DNA of 61,612 bases from Chara braunii. Taxonomy: Eukaryota > Plantae > Charophyceae. A program made the translations under genes and the position numbers. Shown piece by piece: positions 23,147 through 35,811 of this stretch. The stretch covers positions 6,564,188-6,625,799 of the forward strand of contig BFEA01000009.1 in assembly GCA_003427395.1 (NCBI GenBank), written 5' to 3'. The notes beneath the pieces are model-generated. The model was not told where the DNA came from and ran no database searches. It was given only the letters and a program-made list of their open reading frames with translations. Each line of letters begins with the position of its first letter. Position 1 is the first letter of the stretch.

Positions 23147-26100
23147 TTTTACAGAAATGGAGAATGTCTGAGAGCAGTGAGAATAGTGATTAAGAGGTCT
23201 GCCAGCATTGATTACCCTGTCCTCGGGGGATTGACTGAGCAGCCTGAGTTACCCTAGAGGTCCAGGGGAGTGACTGAGCAAGCTGGTGAAGAAAAGAGGG
23301 GGGGGGCGGACCTCTTCACCCTAGTACAGGCGCCTGATATGTACTCCAGCAATCTAGTCGCCCTCCCTCTATTACCCCCTGGAAAGCGAGTCCAGCAGTC
23401 CCACTCACTAATCCCACCCCTGGTGTCATGCAGGATCCATTCCATACCACTCCATGTCCACTAGGCTGTTGGCAGGGGGGGAAAGAAATCAGGGAAATTT
23501 TTCGGGGGTTTCAAAGGGATCGTTGCATCCACTTGGGTCCATTCATGAAACCGCAGCTGGTAGTTTCTGATGATCTCCTCCTGCGGTTGGTCCTCCCTGG
23601 GCGCCGTGTGTTCGCCCTGCCATTCCACCGTTCCTAGCCTTCCTCTATTTGCACCTCCCAGCCAGCATGAGCAAAAGTCGCGTATTTTTTGCTTGATGTC
23701 TCGTTGTTTGTGAAGGAGTTCGAGTTGTGCCCTAATGCCATTCCATTTAGCTGTTATTTCGGTCTGGATCAGTTGTTGGACACACGCTGTTAGTTCGGGG
23801 CCTTCCAATCGTGCTCCCTCCATTTCGAAAGTGCATCGTCGACGCCACAGTGCCCAGATGATTGCCCGCCGCCCCATCCTTAGCATATTTTTCGTGAAAT
23901 CATCCATCTGATCAGCTAGGTCCTTGGGCCAGGCCTCACACAACAAGGCATTCCAGTCCCAAGGCCATTGGGTTGTTGTTCCCAGTTGATCCCAGACTCT
24001 ATCCCACCATCTCCATAGCCAAAGTGTGCCCGGGCATTGGAGGAAAATATGTTCGATTGTTTCTGGTCGTTTTCGAGAGGGGAACACATTTGTGCAGAGG
24101 CGACACGATGGAAGAGCCCGACCCTGCTGCTCCAGGGACGTTCTATCAATCAGCCAATTATTTGTCGGGAGGCACCGGTGCTCTATTTGTTATTGGAGGG
24201 ACGCCTGCTTAGCTGGTTTTGCTTTCATTGCTTTGAACCATCGAATTGGCCTCAGTTCCTGTTTACTTATGTTGAGATGGTTCCTCCAGCGTTTCCCCAC
24301 CTGGTCACGCAGTGCCGCCTTGGGTCTAAGAAGCCTGTAGGTAGCTTTGACAGTTAGGGAGAAGAGGGACTTTGTGAAGTGCTTACCCTGCCCTCCTCGG
24401 ACCGACCATAACCACTCCACCGGGTCCAGGGCCAAGTGGTGAAGGGGGGTGTCGGGGCAATAAACAATCCACCGGTCATTCTCATACAGCACTCTGATTC
24501 TATATACTGCCTCTATTTGGTATGTTGCTTACTATTCCCCAGGATTTCTTTGGATAGCATTATCTTGTCCTACCGGTGAGAGTTCCAGCACCACTGTCCC
24601 GTTCCGAGGGCAGCGGACCACCCTGCCCACCCTGCCTGGCTGGTGTCTGACCGCCACCCAGTTTGATTCTTGAAAGGAAGAGCCTTTACGAAGAATTTTC
24701 CACCAGGCTAAAGAGATCATTTCTATTAGCTTTTCTAAGGCTTCGTGTGGTCTGTGACAATAGCGCAGTTTTTTCCGTAGCTGGTCCGGATCAATCCAGT
24801 CCTTCCTTTTGATACAATTCTGCCAGGGGGAATCCGTGCAGAGGAGCAAGTCCACCACCCATCGATTTCCAAAGAGGGGTTGGCGTGCCACCTCCTCCCA
24901 TCTTTCCGACGCTGTCGTGTCAGGGAGGGGGAGGCTCCTCCATGTCCTGAGGAGGGAGGGCCAGAAGGGGTCGTTTTGCAGATCAACTCTGGCTGCTTGC
25001 CGGGGGCAGTCCGAGAGGGGGTCCCTTTGTTGCACTCTTGCTCGCGGGATGGGCCATTCCCTATTTTCCAGCCACGTTAGTGGGTCAATCTCTGCTGGCG
25101 TTTGTGGTGCTAGCCGGGAAATCTGTTCTAGTGCAAGCCTTCTCTAGGGGATCTCGGGATCGAAAAGGAGGCGTTTGAGCCATTGTAGGGCCAGTGCCTT
25201 AGTCTGCAAAAGGGGGTCGACGATGCCCAGGCCTCCCTTGGTTTTGGGTTGGATTATAGAGTGTCAGGCTACTCGACTGATCACATTTTGTCGTTCGTGG
25301 TCTCCCCGCCATAAGAAAGCGGCTATCTGGCGCTTTAGTGGGCGTAGAGCATTCTTGTCTAGTGCCCAAATGGCTGATTTGTACCACATCGTGGCCAGCA
25401 CCACGTTATTTACGACCAGGCCGTGACCAAACAGCGATGTGTGTTTGTTCCTCCAAAGGGCCATTTTGGCCAAGGGGGGCGTGGTGATCCAGTCGTTATT
25501 TGTTGGTAGTCGTCCTTCTACCATCATAGAGATGCATGCCTAGGACCCTGATGGGGGCTTCTGGAGGGAGCCAGTTGATCCTGGGTTGTTCTGCGGGTCT
25601 CACACCTTGGTGATGTATCCACCATCCCAGGGCTTTGTTTCCCCAGTTTACCTTCATGTCAGACAGGCTGCAAAAGCGGTCCATCATGTGGCGCACCTCT
25701 TCCATTGAACCCTTGGAGGCATCCACCATCAGGGTCAGGTCATCTGCAAATAGCGAGCAGACCGGGATTGCCTCCTCCGGTATTGCTGTGACTTGGATCC
25801 TTTTAAGGTCTTTGTGGGCCCTCAGGTTAGCGGCCAATGCCTCCATGACAATTACGACTGATCTCTGGAGGCTAATGGGGGGGGCCAGGTTGCCATTTAT
25901 CATGACCCTAGTGGTTGCAGTCCCGTGGAGGCTGTCCCAAAGTTGAGTTTCTCCAGGCATTTGTCAAGGAAAAGCCAATCCACGTGGTCATAGGCTTTCT
26001 CAAAGTCAATGAAGATGATTGCTGCGTTGCTATTCGATTGCCTAGTTAGCTTGATCATTTCATTGACCAGGTGAATATTATCCTGGATGTTTCTGCCTTG

Positions 26101-26979
26101 GATAAACCCAGTTTGGTCGGGGTGGATAATGTCCCTCATCATAGGGGTCCGGATGTTTGTCCTTGCCCCTTTCTTGTAGAGGAGCGTTAGCACTCCTTGC
26201 CCTATTATTTCACCTGTCTGACCTGTGCTCCATACCGCATGGTAGTAATCCATAAGATCCTGGGACATACAGGACCACATGGCTTCCCAGAATTCCTTGG
26301 AGAGCCCATCCAGGCCCGTTTTTTTTTCTTGTTCCATTTGTTTCAGTGCCTCTCGAATCTCCTCCTTTGTTATGGGGGAGTCGAGAGTTTCTTTTTGTTG
26401 CTCTGACAGGGACTTGCATAGAGGGCGCAGAAACGCGTTTATCTCGTCTGCGCGTTGCCCTCTATCAGGGCACTGGCATTCTGAAGTGAAAAGGTCGTCT
26501 CTTGCTATTTTTGTGCATGCGGCCGTGGATGTGTGGAGGGGCCCCTGATGGTGCTTCGGGTCTTCCAAGGCCTCAATTGTTGACCTCCCTGATCTGGCCT
26601 TGGCTATCGCAAAGAATTTTGCCTCCATCGCACCTTCCGTATTATATTTTGAGAGCTTGCCCCGGATCCTGGCTCCTTGCCACCTATGTTCCATGTAATG
26701 CATGAGTTGATTTTCAAGGTTTTGGATGGTCTCGCTTAGCTTTGTTTGATGTTCTAGATCTTGAAGATCGTCTTCGTGCATTTGTAGTTGTCGAAGTTGG
26801 TGCTGAAGATTTAATTCTTCAGCATGGCGACGTGCCGCGAATAGCCTGGAGTATTCATTGCACTTGCGGCCTAGAAAGGCAAGGCCGTTGTTGAACCATA
26901 ATATGTCGTCATTGATCAGGTCCCTCTGTGTTTTCCAAAAGGACCATACATCTTGAAGATAGTTGATGAAACGGTCGGC

Positions 26980-28087
26980 CGGGAGCTCCAACAGTAACTA
27001 TAGCAGCTGAGGAAGACCAAGCTGGGGGGGAGCTCACAAGAGACTACCAATTGTACTTCAATGAATGGACTAAAGTGGACGCAACAATCCCTCTCAAATC
27101 GCCTGATCACTTCTCGGACCTCTTCCCCCCCTCCTCTAACTGCCTGGTGGATATGACGTGGTACGGGTTGGATCTCGCAGGGCACTAGGGGGACCAGGCC
27201 GTAAGGTAGGGGGCAGTAGGGCAGTCACTGTTGGTAGCCAGAGCGAGAGTAAAGACAGTAGAGAGTTCAAGTAAGAGAGGGGTAGGAAAGACAGAGCACT
27301 GTCTAAGACACACACCCACTTTTGGACAAGGCAGGGGGAACTNGTTACCANCTGTAGGTNTTGGGCACTGATCACGANCCCCCCCCCACAGGGTTGCAGT
27401 CCTGAGGGAGGGACGCCAGGGTAATAAGGGTAGATAGGTCTCCCCCAATGGAGGGGGTCCAGGACTTTATCTCGGCTGCTCCGTCATTCCCTTGCTTTCA
27501 GACATTCTCAAGCAACGCAGTAGTTCAAAGGTTGACTGGGTTCGCATGCGACAATTCTCGGGAGCTGGTAGGGGACAGAGGAACTAGTACATAGCAGTTA
27601 CTATCTGGCGCCGTGTATGAGGTGAAGAGGTTCCCTGCCCTGCCCCTGCCCAGTCAATCCCAGTCAAATCCCACAACCTATGTGTCTTCTGAATGGACAG
27701 AGTTGTTGTATTCTCAGTATCTTGCTTGGTCAATCCCCTGGTGTCCAGGGTAATCAATGTCAGCAGGACTCTGCCTTCTTGTTTCTTCTGATCACATTGT
27801 CTCACATTGTATTTAGGACGCTGGACCCGTTTTCCAGCAGGTGATGCTCCCCACCAATAGATGGAGCCTCTCCCCGTATGGTAGTGGTGTCTGCTCTTAT
27901 CAGCACCACTATCACCGGCACGAGTGTTCCTTTAAAAAAAAAANNNNNNNNNNNNNNNNNNNNNNNNNNNNNNNNNNNNNNNNNNNNNNNNNNNNNNNNN
28001 NNNNNNNNNNNNNNNNNNNNNNNNNNNNNNNNNNNNNNNNNNNNNNNNNNNNNNNNNNNNNNNNNNNNNNNNNAAAAAAAAAAAAAA
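26980..28087 (+). mobile_element. 5'-truncated LINE (element H) inserted antisense into ORF2 of element G
   Basis: Encodes RDYQLYFNEWTKVDATIPLKSPDHFSDLFPPPLTA, homologous to the element G C-terminus; module 27815-27867; hairpin; poly(A) running into a gap. Confidence 0.88.
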
Positions 28088-28979
28088 GGTGAGGAGAGAT
28101 GTGTTGAGCTTGTAGAAGCCCTTACCTTGATCCGTTTTTTTCCGGAATGAGAAGGTGGCCAGGCACATCGCGTGGTCCAGGCCCGGGTGCGGGCTAGGAG
28201 GGAGTATGTCTGCAATTTGCAAGCCCCCTTGTAAGTCTTCAGAAGTGAGGATCAGGTCGATGCGGGATTTTGATGCTCTCTCCGTCGAGTTGTTGTGGTA
28301 GCATGTAAAGCGACGGTCAGTCGGGTGGCTTCTTCAAAAGGTATCGAGCAAATTGAGGGATTGAGAAAGGTCAGCAATCATTCGCTCATCATGCTCCATG
28401 TAAGCCGGGCAGGGGGAGGGAGTCTTCCATCGATCCAGCCACCTGTCCGGAGCTGCATTGAAGTCACCTGCCCGGATTGTTGGGATACCAACTGGGAGTT
28501 TATCTTTTAGTGACTCTAGGAAGGTCTGTCTGGATGGCAGATCATTGGGGGCGTAGATGTTCAGGATAGTTACTACTTCCAGTTCCAATATGGCCAGAAG
28601 GTAAACCCACCTGCCCTCGATTTGGTCTGCCGCCCAGTTAATCATTTGCACTTTAGATTCGGGGGGGAGCCATATGGCCACCCCTCCACTACCGGGCCGC
28701 GGTGCATGGGCACGAAAGGCCTGGTGTGGCCAGAGTTCTTTGTGCGTATGATTATGGTCGGGGGTGTCCATGAGGTGGGTTTCTTGCAGGCACACGACGT
28801 CGGCCCAGTGTCTTTCGTCCACACCTTTTAGTTGGTCGAAAATGGCCTGACGTTTCGAGGCTTTTGCTGAGGCAAGACCGTTCACGTTTAATGAGCGCAG
28901 GTCAAGGTCCGCCTGACGCCTGCAGAGGTTCCAAGTTTTGTCCCTCCCATAGAGCGCATCAATCACATTCATCGTGCAC

Positions 28980-29304
28980 TGATTTTTACTTGTCTGGTGT
29001 GGATGTGTGTGAGTGTAGAGGCTTGGTTGGTATACAGTATTGACTCTGTAGAGACTGGCTGGTTAGTATGGATATCTGAGATTAGGGTTAGGGTAGTATG
29101 TGAGATCTGAGTAGATAAGCATTATGAGTAGTCAGCCTCAATCTCTAGCTTGTTATCTCAATCAACCTGAAATATTCCTGAATCATCCCAAATTTTCATT
29201 AATCATCAATGTATTCCAATTATAAGGGACGCTGGGCCCAGTTCCCAGCGCGTGCTGGTCCCCACGAATAGATTGGAGCAATTGTTTATCAAAAAAAAAA
29301 AAAA
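28980..29304 (+). mobile_element. Short LINE 3'-end copy with module (29226-29279, CGUG/CACG variant) and poly(A)
   Basis: gggacgctgggcccagttcccagcgcgtgctggtccccacgaatagattggagc followed by an A run at 29291-29304; left boundary approximate. Confidence 0.75.
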
Positions 29305-29723
29305 GATTTTAACTGGCATTTTCTATTTATTTTTTTATTTTTTTTAATAACTGGCGTTCTGCCATGTCGTCCCCCCGAGTGGCATTGAGCAGAGACTGCT
29401 GATGTTCATAAGGGGAGGGGACCGGAGGGGAGGCACAGTGAGGCACAGTGACTGGCCCATCGAAGAATCTCGGTCCTGATGCTACCGGCTGACCCCTGGC
29501 CAGTATCGCCCACCTGCTGTAGCAGGTATCGCACCTGCTGGTGGGTGCAGCTCCCGCATGTTCCCTCGTTGGAGGCTTGAGCACGGATGTGGCTGCTTCG
29601 GGGTTCCCCGTAATACTATAATGACAATAAAAAAGGCCTGAAAGGCCGTCCTGTCCAGATTTGACAGGTAATTGAATTGGTTGGGCTTAAAGAATTATGT
29701 CCTTTCACGACCTACCACTACTC

Positions 29724-32330
29724 TTTTTTTTTTCTTTTTTTTTTTCCCGAAAAACCGCATTGCAAGCCCACTATCGTGGTGGTGGTACGAGAACCACTAG
29801 GATTGAGGCCTTGCTTGTGGGGTTGCTCCATCTATTGGTGGGGAGCTTCACCTGCTGGAAATCGGGTCCAGCGTCCCATTGAATACACTCATTGCACAGC
29901 ATTGATCGCATGTACCTTCTGTCCGGGGCTGGGGCTTTCAGCTTTTCGTGCCGCAGAGCTGTGATTACTTTACCCTTGGGTTGCTGAGTTACCCTACCAA
30001 TCTTGTAGCCCCTGTTACACTACCGTAGCCCAACCCTAGTGCAGCCCGTCCCTGAGCATTGGCGTGTTACATGGCCATTCCCTGACTATGCCTGCCGCAG
30101 TGAATAGCAAATGTCTTTTCTGACTCCTATTCTGACTTGCAGTTCGTATTGGTAGTCGGGTCTACATTAATTAGTCTGGTCTTTCTTCTCTGTCGAAGAT
30201 ACCGGGTCTGTGGTCTGTTTCCACTGTTGTTGTCGTTGGGCACATCCGCCTTCACTGCTCCGTCTGATCCGTATACCTCTGTTGTCGATCCCTTGGTGTG
30301 CTCGCCTGGCCAGGACTTATGTATTGGCAGTTGTTTGGGGGTTGGGAATGGGACAGGGAAGGAGAAGGGGGTTGAGGTGTCGGGGGTAGGGGCTCCAGCG
30401 GTAGGGGAGGGGTGGTTGGGGAGGTGAGGGCAGAGGAAGGCGGGGCTTGCGACTGTGTGTGAAGTGGGTGCGGGGGATGAGGTTGCGGCCGTGTTGCTTC
30501 CGGCCACAGAGGGGGTGTCGGGGGGTTTGGCCGGGTGTGTGGTGACTCTGGTGGGGGAGCAGGAGTCTGTGGTGGAGATTCCATAGGGAGTGGTGGGGTG
30601 GATAGGGGGGTACTGGGGTACTGTGTTGACGTAGGCCGAGGGGATTCCACAGGAAATGGGCCAGAATGAGGGAGGAGGGGTGGCAAAATTTCATGCCTCA
30701 TTGCTTCTTGATAAAAGAGCAATGAGTCGGGCCCCTTCGCTCTTTAACAGCTCAGCTTCATTGTGGTGTTGTGAGTGGAAGGAGGGGTGGCAGAGGATGA
30801 GGGAATGAAACTGTGAAAGCGAAGTAGGGATGAATTCGTCTGAACCCTGAATTACTTCTTTTTCATTAATGTGTCTTATGTAAAATTTTGTGCCCGTTGA
30901 CGTGTTCATTTTTAAGGAAACGTTTTTAAGAACAGTTAGTGGAATTAAAATTACTGAGATAAGTTAAAACCGAGGAGAGAACGAAAGACCCTGATGGGGC
31001 GTGACAAATTTCGTGGGTTTTCGGTCGCTCCTGGCCAGCGGGTGGTCCACAAATTTTCACAGCCAGTAATGCAAATTATGTACGGACGTGTGGACAAATT
31101 TTTATTGTTGGCTTGGAATCCAAGGGCGTAGGGGAACTCAAGAGGGGAACTCAAGAGGTGCGAGAGGGGTGAGGTTACAGGAAGTGCAATGGCTGGCAAG
31201 GAGGGACATACCAAAATGATGTAACCTTAGATGAGTCCTTGCAAGTTGAAGATCATCTTTCTTCTTAGCACTTCTGGTGCTGCACGCCCTTCCACCCTTT
31301 GGAGACTTGGATCTTTACCCCCCGCACAATTCCGGATTCCTTTCCGTTCTCAGGTAAGATACTCCTTCGATTGAGCAGACCTTTGGTATCTCTAACCTTT
31401 ACCTACATGGCCCCTCTGCCACGTGTGCAATGGAAGAACTTTGGCGATTTTCAGAACCTTTGAAAATTTTGCCCCTTACTCTATTTTACCAGCTTGCAAA
31501 ATTAGACCTATGATGTGGCAAAAGGATGGCGAGAATAGCAACAAGGGACGAAGGGGGAACGAGGGGGAAGGGGATTCTTCCTACATACACCTATACTTCA
31601 TCAACTTGTAATGTGGGGGGCGAAAACGCCGCTTAGCCCCAAAACTTGATGCCGCAGATCCGTTATCAAAGGCATACTCCGCCAACTCCCATCATGGGGC
31701 TGGATGAAAACAACCTATGCATATTCTCAACGTTCTGATACGACCCGCAGAAGAAAGTACGTGGGGCTTTTCGTCATTGACGAAAAATGATTGGAGTACG
31801 TGACATTCACAGCTTAAAAACAACTAATTCTAATATGAGAACCAAATGAGGACGCCAATTGCACTGACAACTCCCACCATGAGGGAGGATGAGACAACCT
31901 ATGTCTGTTCTCAGGGTTCTGATATGACTCGCAGAAATAGCAACATGAGACTTTGCGTCGTTGAAAAAGACTGAGTAGAGTACGTGGCATTAGTAACCAA
32001 ACAACCATGAATTCTAGTCTGAGAATCTGATGATGCTGAGCCGCCAGTCTGATGACGATCGCACTCCTCTAATAATGAGAACCATGGAGAAGAGACCAAT
32101 TGTCGACGACGATCATTGATGCTCTTCCATTCATCCTTCTTGCGCTGACTCCACACAATTCCCTTATCCAGGGGCCTTCTCCACCTACTCCATACATGCT
32201 AACCAAGTCAAAGTCAACATGTGGTGAGCCGTATACCGTGTTGTCAAGCACGATGGCTATGGAGTATCCTAGCGGGGCTCAGGAGGCAACAGGCTCGGAA
32301 ACGAGATGTTTCTGGCCTATACTACTATCC
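29724..32330 (-). mobile_element. Highly decayed LINE 3' portion of a different family, ending in module (29825-29877), hairpin and poly(A)
   Basis: Tail and module are clear; upstream fragments (HVDFDLVS...GGEGPWI, YALGF...LWTTR) only weakly resemble L1 ORF2 post-RT sequence. Confidence 0.55.
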
Positions 32331-33126
32331 TGATCCTGGCTTGATGCCACAGCCTGTGACGTGGACACGCGCAAGGGCCTCTGAAAGCAGGCGCGCGTGC
32401 GTTAGGCGCGAACTGAGTTGTGCTTGCTTGTCAAAATCCTCACCATACGATTCTTACGAGGGCAACAGACCTGGTAGAGAGATCTGGGGAGTTGTGGAGG
32501 GTGGAGGGCACTCTAGTGTCCTTGGGTAAGCTGGTAGTTAGACGATGCTGGTCGGCGCCGGGGGGGGTCGTTTTGCCCTGTAGCCTAGCAGGGGGGAGTC
32601 TTCGGGGGTGGGTCGTGCCACTCTGTAACCTAGCAGTTGGGGGCGTGAAGCCTAGTAGAGACTAAGTATCGGGATATAGGGATGAGGCAGGTAGGGGTGG
32701 GCTACTGAAAGGCTCTAAGGCAGATATTTCTCGATCTGAATGCTCTTCTAAAAACAAAAGGGCCCTTTGCATGGAGAAGTAGATGGTTGGATATCAAGCA
32801 TCCTACTAGTGAGGGGGCTAGCTCGTAGGACGGAAATAGGGTACAGCAGCAGCGGAGATGGTGGCTCTGCTGCAGTAAGTCTTGCCGGAGTGAGGTAAAG
32901 AGGATTCATGGGGGGTTCCTGAGTGGTTTCTGAACTTTGCTTATTCCTGAAGTTCGTCGTAGTAATTTGCTAAGTAGCTCATTTTTTTCTCAGCCAAAGC
33001 CGGGTAATGGCCCCGGTATCTCAAATATCTCAATTTTCAAACTTCTATGTAAATTTCCATATGGGACGCTGGGCCCGGTTCCCAGCACGTGCTGCTCCCC
33101 ACGAATAGATTGGAGCCTTGTTCCCA

Positions 33127-33155
<29 letters not shown>
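32330..33155 (+). mobile_element. LINE 3'-UTR copy with module (33063-33116, CGUG/CACG variant) and poly(A)
   Basis: Module then an A run at 33129-33155; left boundary approximate. Confidence 0.7.
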
Positions 33156-33158
<3 letters not shown>

Positions 33159-33396
33159 ACACAGGGGAAACGCACGATGGAATAAGATAGAATGGAATAG
33201 AATAGAGTAGAACAGTGGTCTTCATACTCCTCGCACACATCTAACAAACCAACAAACAAATAATCTAACCCATACCTTGATAACTTTGACAACCTTGATA
33301 ATTCTGTGCAGGGACGCTGAGACCCGATTTCCAGCAGGTGCAGCTCCCCATGAATAGATGGAGCCTTTGTTTGGCTAAAAAAAAAAAAAAAAAAAA
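33156..33396 (+). mobile_element. Short LINE 3'-end copy stacked directly behind the previous poly(A); module 33311-33364
   Basis: gggacgctgagacccgatttccagcaggtgcagctccccatgaatagatggagc then an A run at 33377-33396. Confidence 0.75.
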
Positions 33397-33473
33397 CTTT
33401 AAGACCCAGAAAAAGATCATGTGATACAGCTCAACTGCTTTCCCCCCCCCTCTCGAAATTGCAGTTGTATTAA

Positions 33474-33653
33474 ACCACCAGTACTTGGCCCAGCTATCGG
33501 TCTCGGCGCTTCCCCGTTAACGCGCCGCAGCAGTTGGGCTTCGGCCTACCGGACCGCATTGGCTGGAGGCCACAGCCAAAATGAAAACAAAAACGACCGG
33601 CGCGCAGGCGGCTGGGAGGCTCGGCTTCGATAGCTGGGCCAAGTACTGGTGGT
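33474..33653. mobile_element. TTAA-flanked MITE, copy 2
   Basis: 26-bp TIR accaccagtacttggcccagctatcg; ttaa on both sides. Confidence 0.9.
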
Positions 33654-34172
33654 TTAACAGGGCCCAGTGGCCAAGGCAAATTACAGGTTACATGATTTCA
33701 CATCAATAGTCACCTATGATAGGGACAGCCGGGTTGTCCTCTTTCTTTTTTCTTTTTTTTTTCCAAAGCCCAGGGTGTTGTAGAGGCCAAGGNCCAGACC
33801 AGGGGTGATTGCTAGTACCGGCACCCGGGTTGTCCTACTCCAGCCGGCGGTCGGAGTCCCGTCCCTGCACACTCAGTCCCTTTACGCAATACTCAAGCCC
33901 GGCACCACTCAACTGCTCTTTTGTTTTTCTTTGTTTTTGTATTTTGTTTTTCAAGACACGTCCAGCTTGTTGTAGAGGTTAGCCAGCAGGCATATGACAG
34001 TCCCCTCAGCAGTTGGCCATTTGATCATCCATATGGTTTTTCTACACAGGCCCCTTATGAGACTCCCTCCCACCCTTACTCAGCACGATTGTCCCCTGCC
34101 CATTCCTTACTCTCGAGGTCCTACCCTTTTCAAGTGACCTGACCTGACAGCGATGATAGGCATCAGGGCCAA

Positions 34173-34579
34173 GAGGCTCGCCACACAGGCTGTCGAAAAC
34201 CAGGTTTTCGACAATTTTGCATCGCCACACAGACTTTCGAAGACTTGCGGCACAAAAACATTTCGACAGGTGTCAGAATGGTACGCTCGACAGCCGCCCT
34301 CCCACCCATTCATTTCTTCCCGCATGCAGGAGATGGAAATTTGAAAGTGCCCCACCTGCCTTTCAAGGAATTGCGTTCGAATTTGCATTGTCAGGGACTG
34401 TTCCGTGACACCCGTGCCCTGTAGAAAGGCGGAGTCCGCCTGGCCATGACCAAAAACCATGCCCCTCGACAGCCTGTGTGGCGAAGTGGGGGTAAAGTGT
34501 CGGCCGCCAGACTTCCATTTCTTTTTCTGACAGCTGTCGAAAAACTCTTGGAGTTTCGACAGCCTGTGTGGCGAGCCTC
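34173..34579. mobile_element. Harbinger/Tourist-like MITE
   Basis: 26-bp perfect TIR gaggctcgccacacaggctgtcgaaa; flanks caa / taa; internal TIR-like repeats. Confidence 0.8.
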
Positions 34580-35362
34580 TAAGCAGGTCCTCACCTCCCG
34601 CCCTAGCCCTGATTGAAACATAGTCGGACGAGCCCTGTCGTACGGGTACTTCGAGCGCTAGGGGTAGACATTCTACTACAAGTCCCATAGGTAAACCCAT
34701 TTTTTCCTTGCTAGAGAGATCCTAGCCGTAATGTCATCAGATCCCTCTCGTTATTATCTTGAATTCTATGTTTTTTTAACCCTTTCCTACTGGAGGTTGT
34801 TCTTACGTAGAGCATCCCAAGTTTCTGTCCTTAGCAGGCTCACGGCCACCATCCACTGGGTCTCTAGTCATTTTATCATCCCCCAGAGTATCTCTAGTTT
34901 CCGTCCTCAATGGATTGACGGCCACCATCGGCTCCCGCACCTCTATCATCAACTAGACCTACTCTGGACTATTCTTATCTTACTATGTTCTCCATGCAGG
35001 TAGCAGACCACCCTCACCCCTTGAGACAGCCTCTAGGGCACATTCCCCAACGATATCCTCCACCACAGCTTATCCCACCTTTACCCCTACCAATGGGACC
35101 ACTAAGACATCCCCTAATGCAGGTTGCCCACTGATATCCTCCAATGGAGTCTTGTCCTACCTACCCTACCCCCAGCGGAGTCCCCAATCGAATCCCACCC
35201 GTAGCCCATGCCCCCCCAAAGCATAGCCTAAGGTAACCAATTCTACTTGACCTATCTCCCACCCCCCTTGTCTGCATCGCCACAATTGTTGACCTTACTT
35301 AGTTTATCAGGTATCGAACATAGTTGCGACACACCAGTGTGCAGTGCGGTATGGGCCGCTGC

Positions 35363-35400
35363 CTGTCTCTTATACACATCTAGATGTGTATAAGAGACAG
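35363..35400. other. Nextera mate-pair junction adapter (two inverted Tn5 mosaic ends): assembly artefact
   Basis: Exact CTGTCTCTTATACACATCT + AGATGTGTATAAGAGACAG. Confidence 0.98.
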
Positions 35401-35559
35401 TTGTGGAGTCATTGAGGACCAATGCTTTAACGAGCAGGATGGCCGTGTCATATGTGCAAGAGGTGGGCGCAGACCACCAATATCTGCTGTGTGTTCAAGA
35501 GCTCAGGTCTGTAGCTCGGCAGTTATGGGTCACCAATTCAGCTAGACCCTATTCGTGTC

Positions 35560-35592
<33 letters not shown>

Positions 35593-35790
35593 CATCAGTG
35601 AGAGTGTTGGGGGGGGTGCTGGTAAGAGCAGTCAACCCCTCTACACCCTCTTTATTGGATGGCTCCGTTCCGTTGGTGGGGAGCTGCACCTGCTGGAAAT
35701 CAAGTCCAGCGTCCCTTCACATCGAAATCCAGGAACCAGCGTTATCCACGCGATTCTCAGGGCCTGGCTCCAACCACTCACCAAATGCAT
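35593..35790 (-). mobile_element. Short LINE 3'-end copy: module 35662-35715 plus hairpin with CUGCUCUUACCAG loop
   Basis: Sense gggacgctggacttgatttccagcaggtgcagctccccaccaacggaacggagc; boundaries approximate. Confidence 0.7.
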
Positions 35791-35811
35791 AACATTAGAA
35801 TGAAGGGTTAA

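Larger units (their letters stand above)
23030..28945 (-). mobile_element. Decayed L1/Tx1-type LINE (element G): near-complete ORF2 (APE endonuclease, RT, zinc finger), 3' UTR, module, hairpin, poly(A)
   Basis: DLRSLNVNGL, DVVCLQETH, NIYAPN, GDFN (28334-28972); HPDQTGF, FIDFEKAYDHVDW (25900-26991); SLFADDL; ETIEHIFLQCP; stop at 23461; module 23094-23146; many frameshifts; interrupted by element H. Confidence 0.93.

Noticed and set aside
35363-35400. Natural Tn5/IS50 element
   Set aside because: It is the synthetic mosaic-end pair of the library kit, with no transposase nearby
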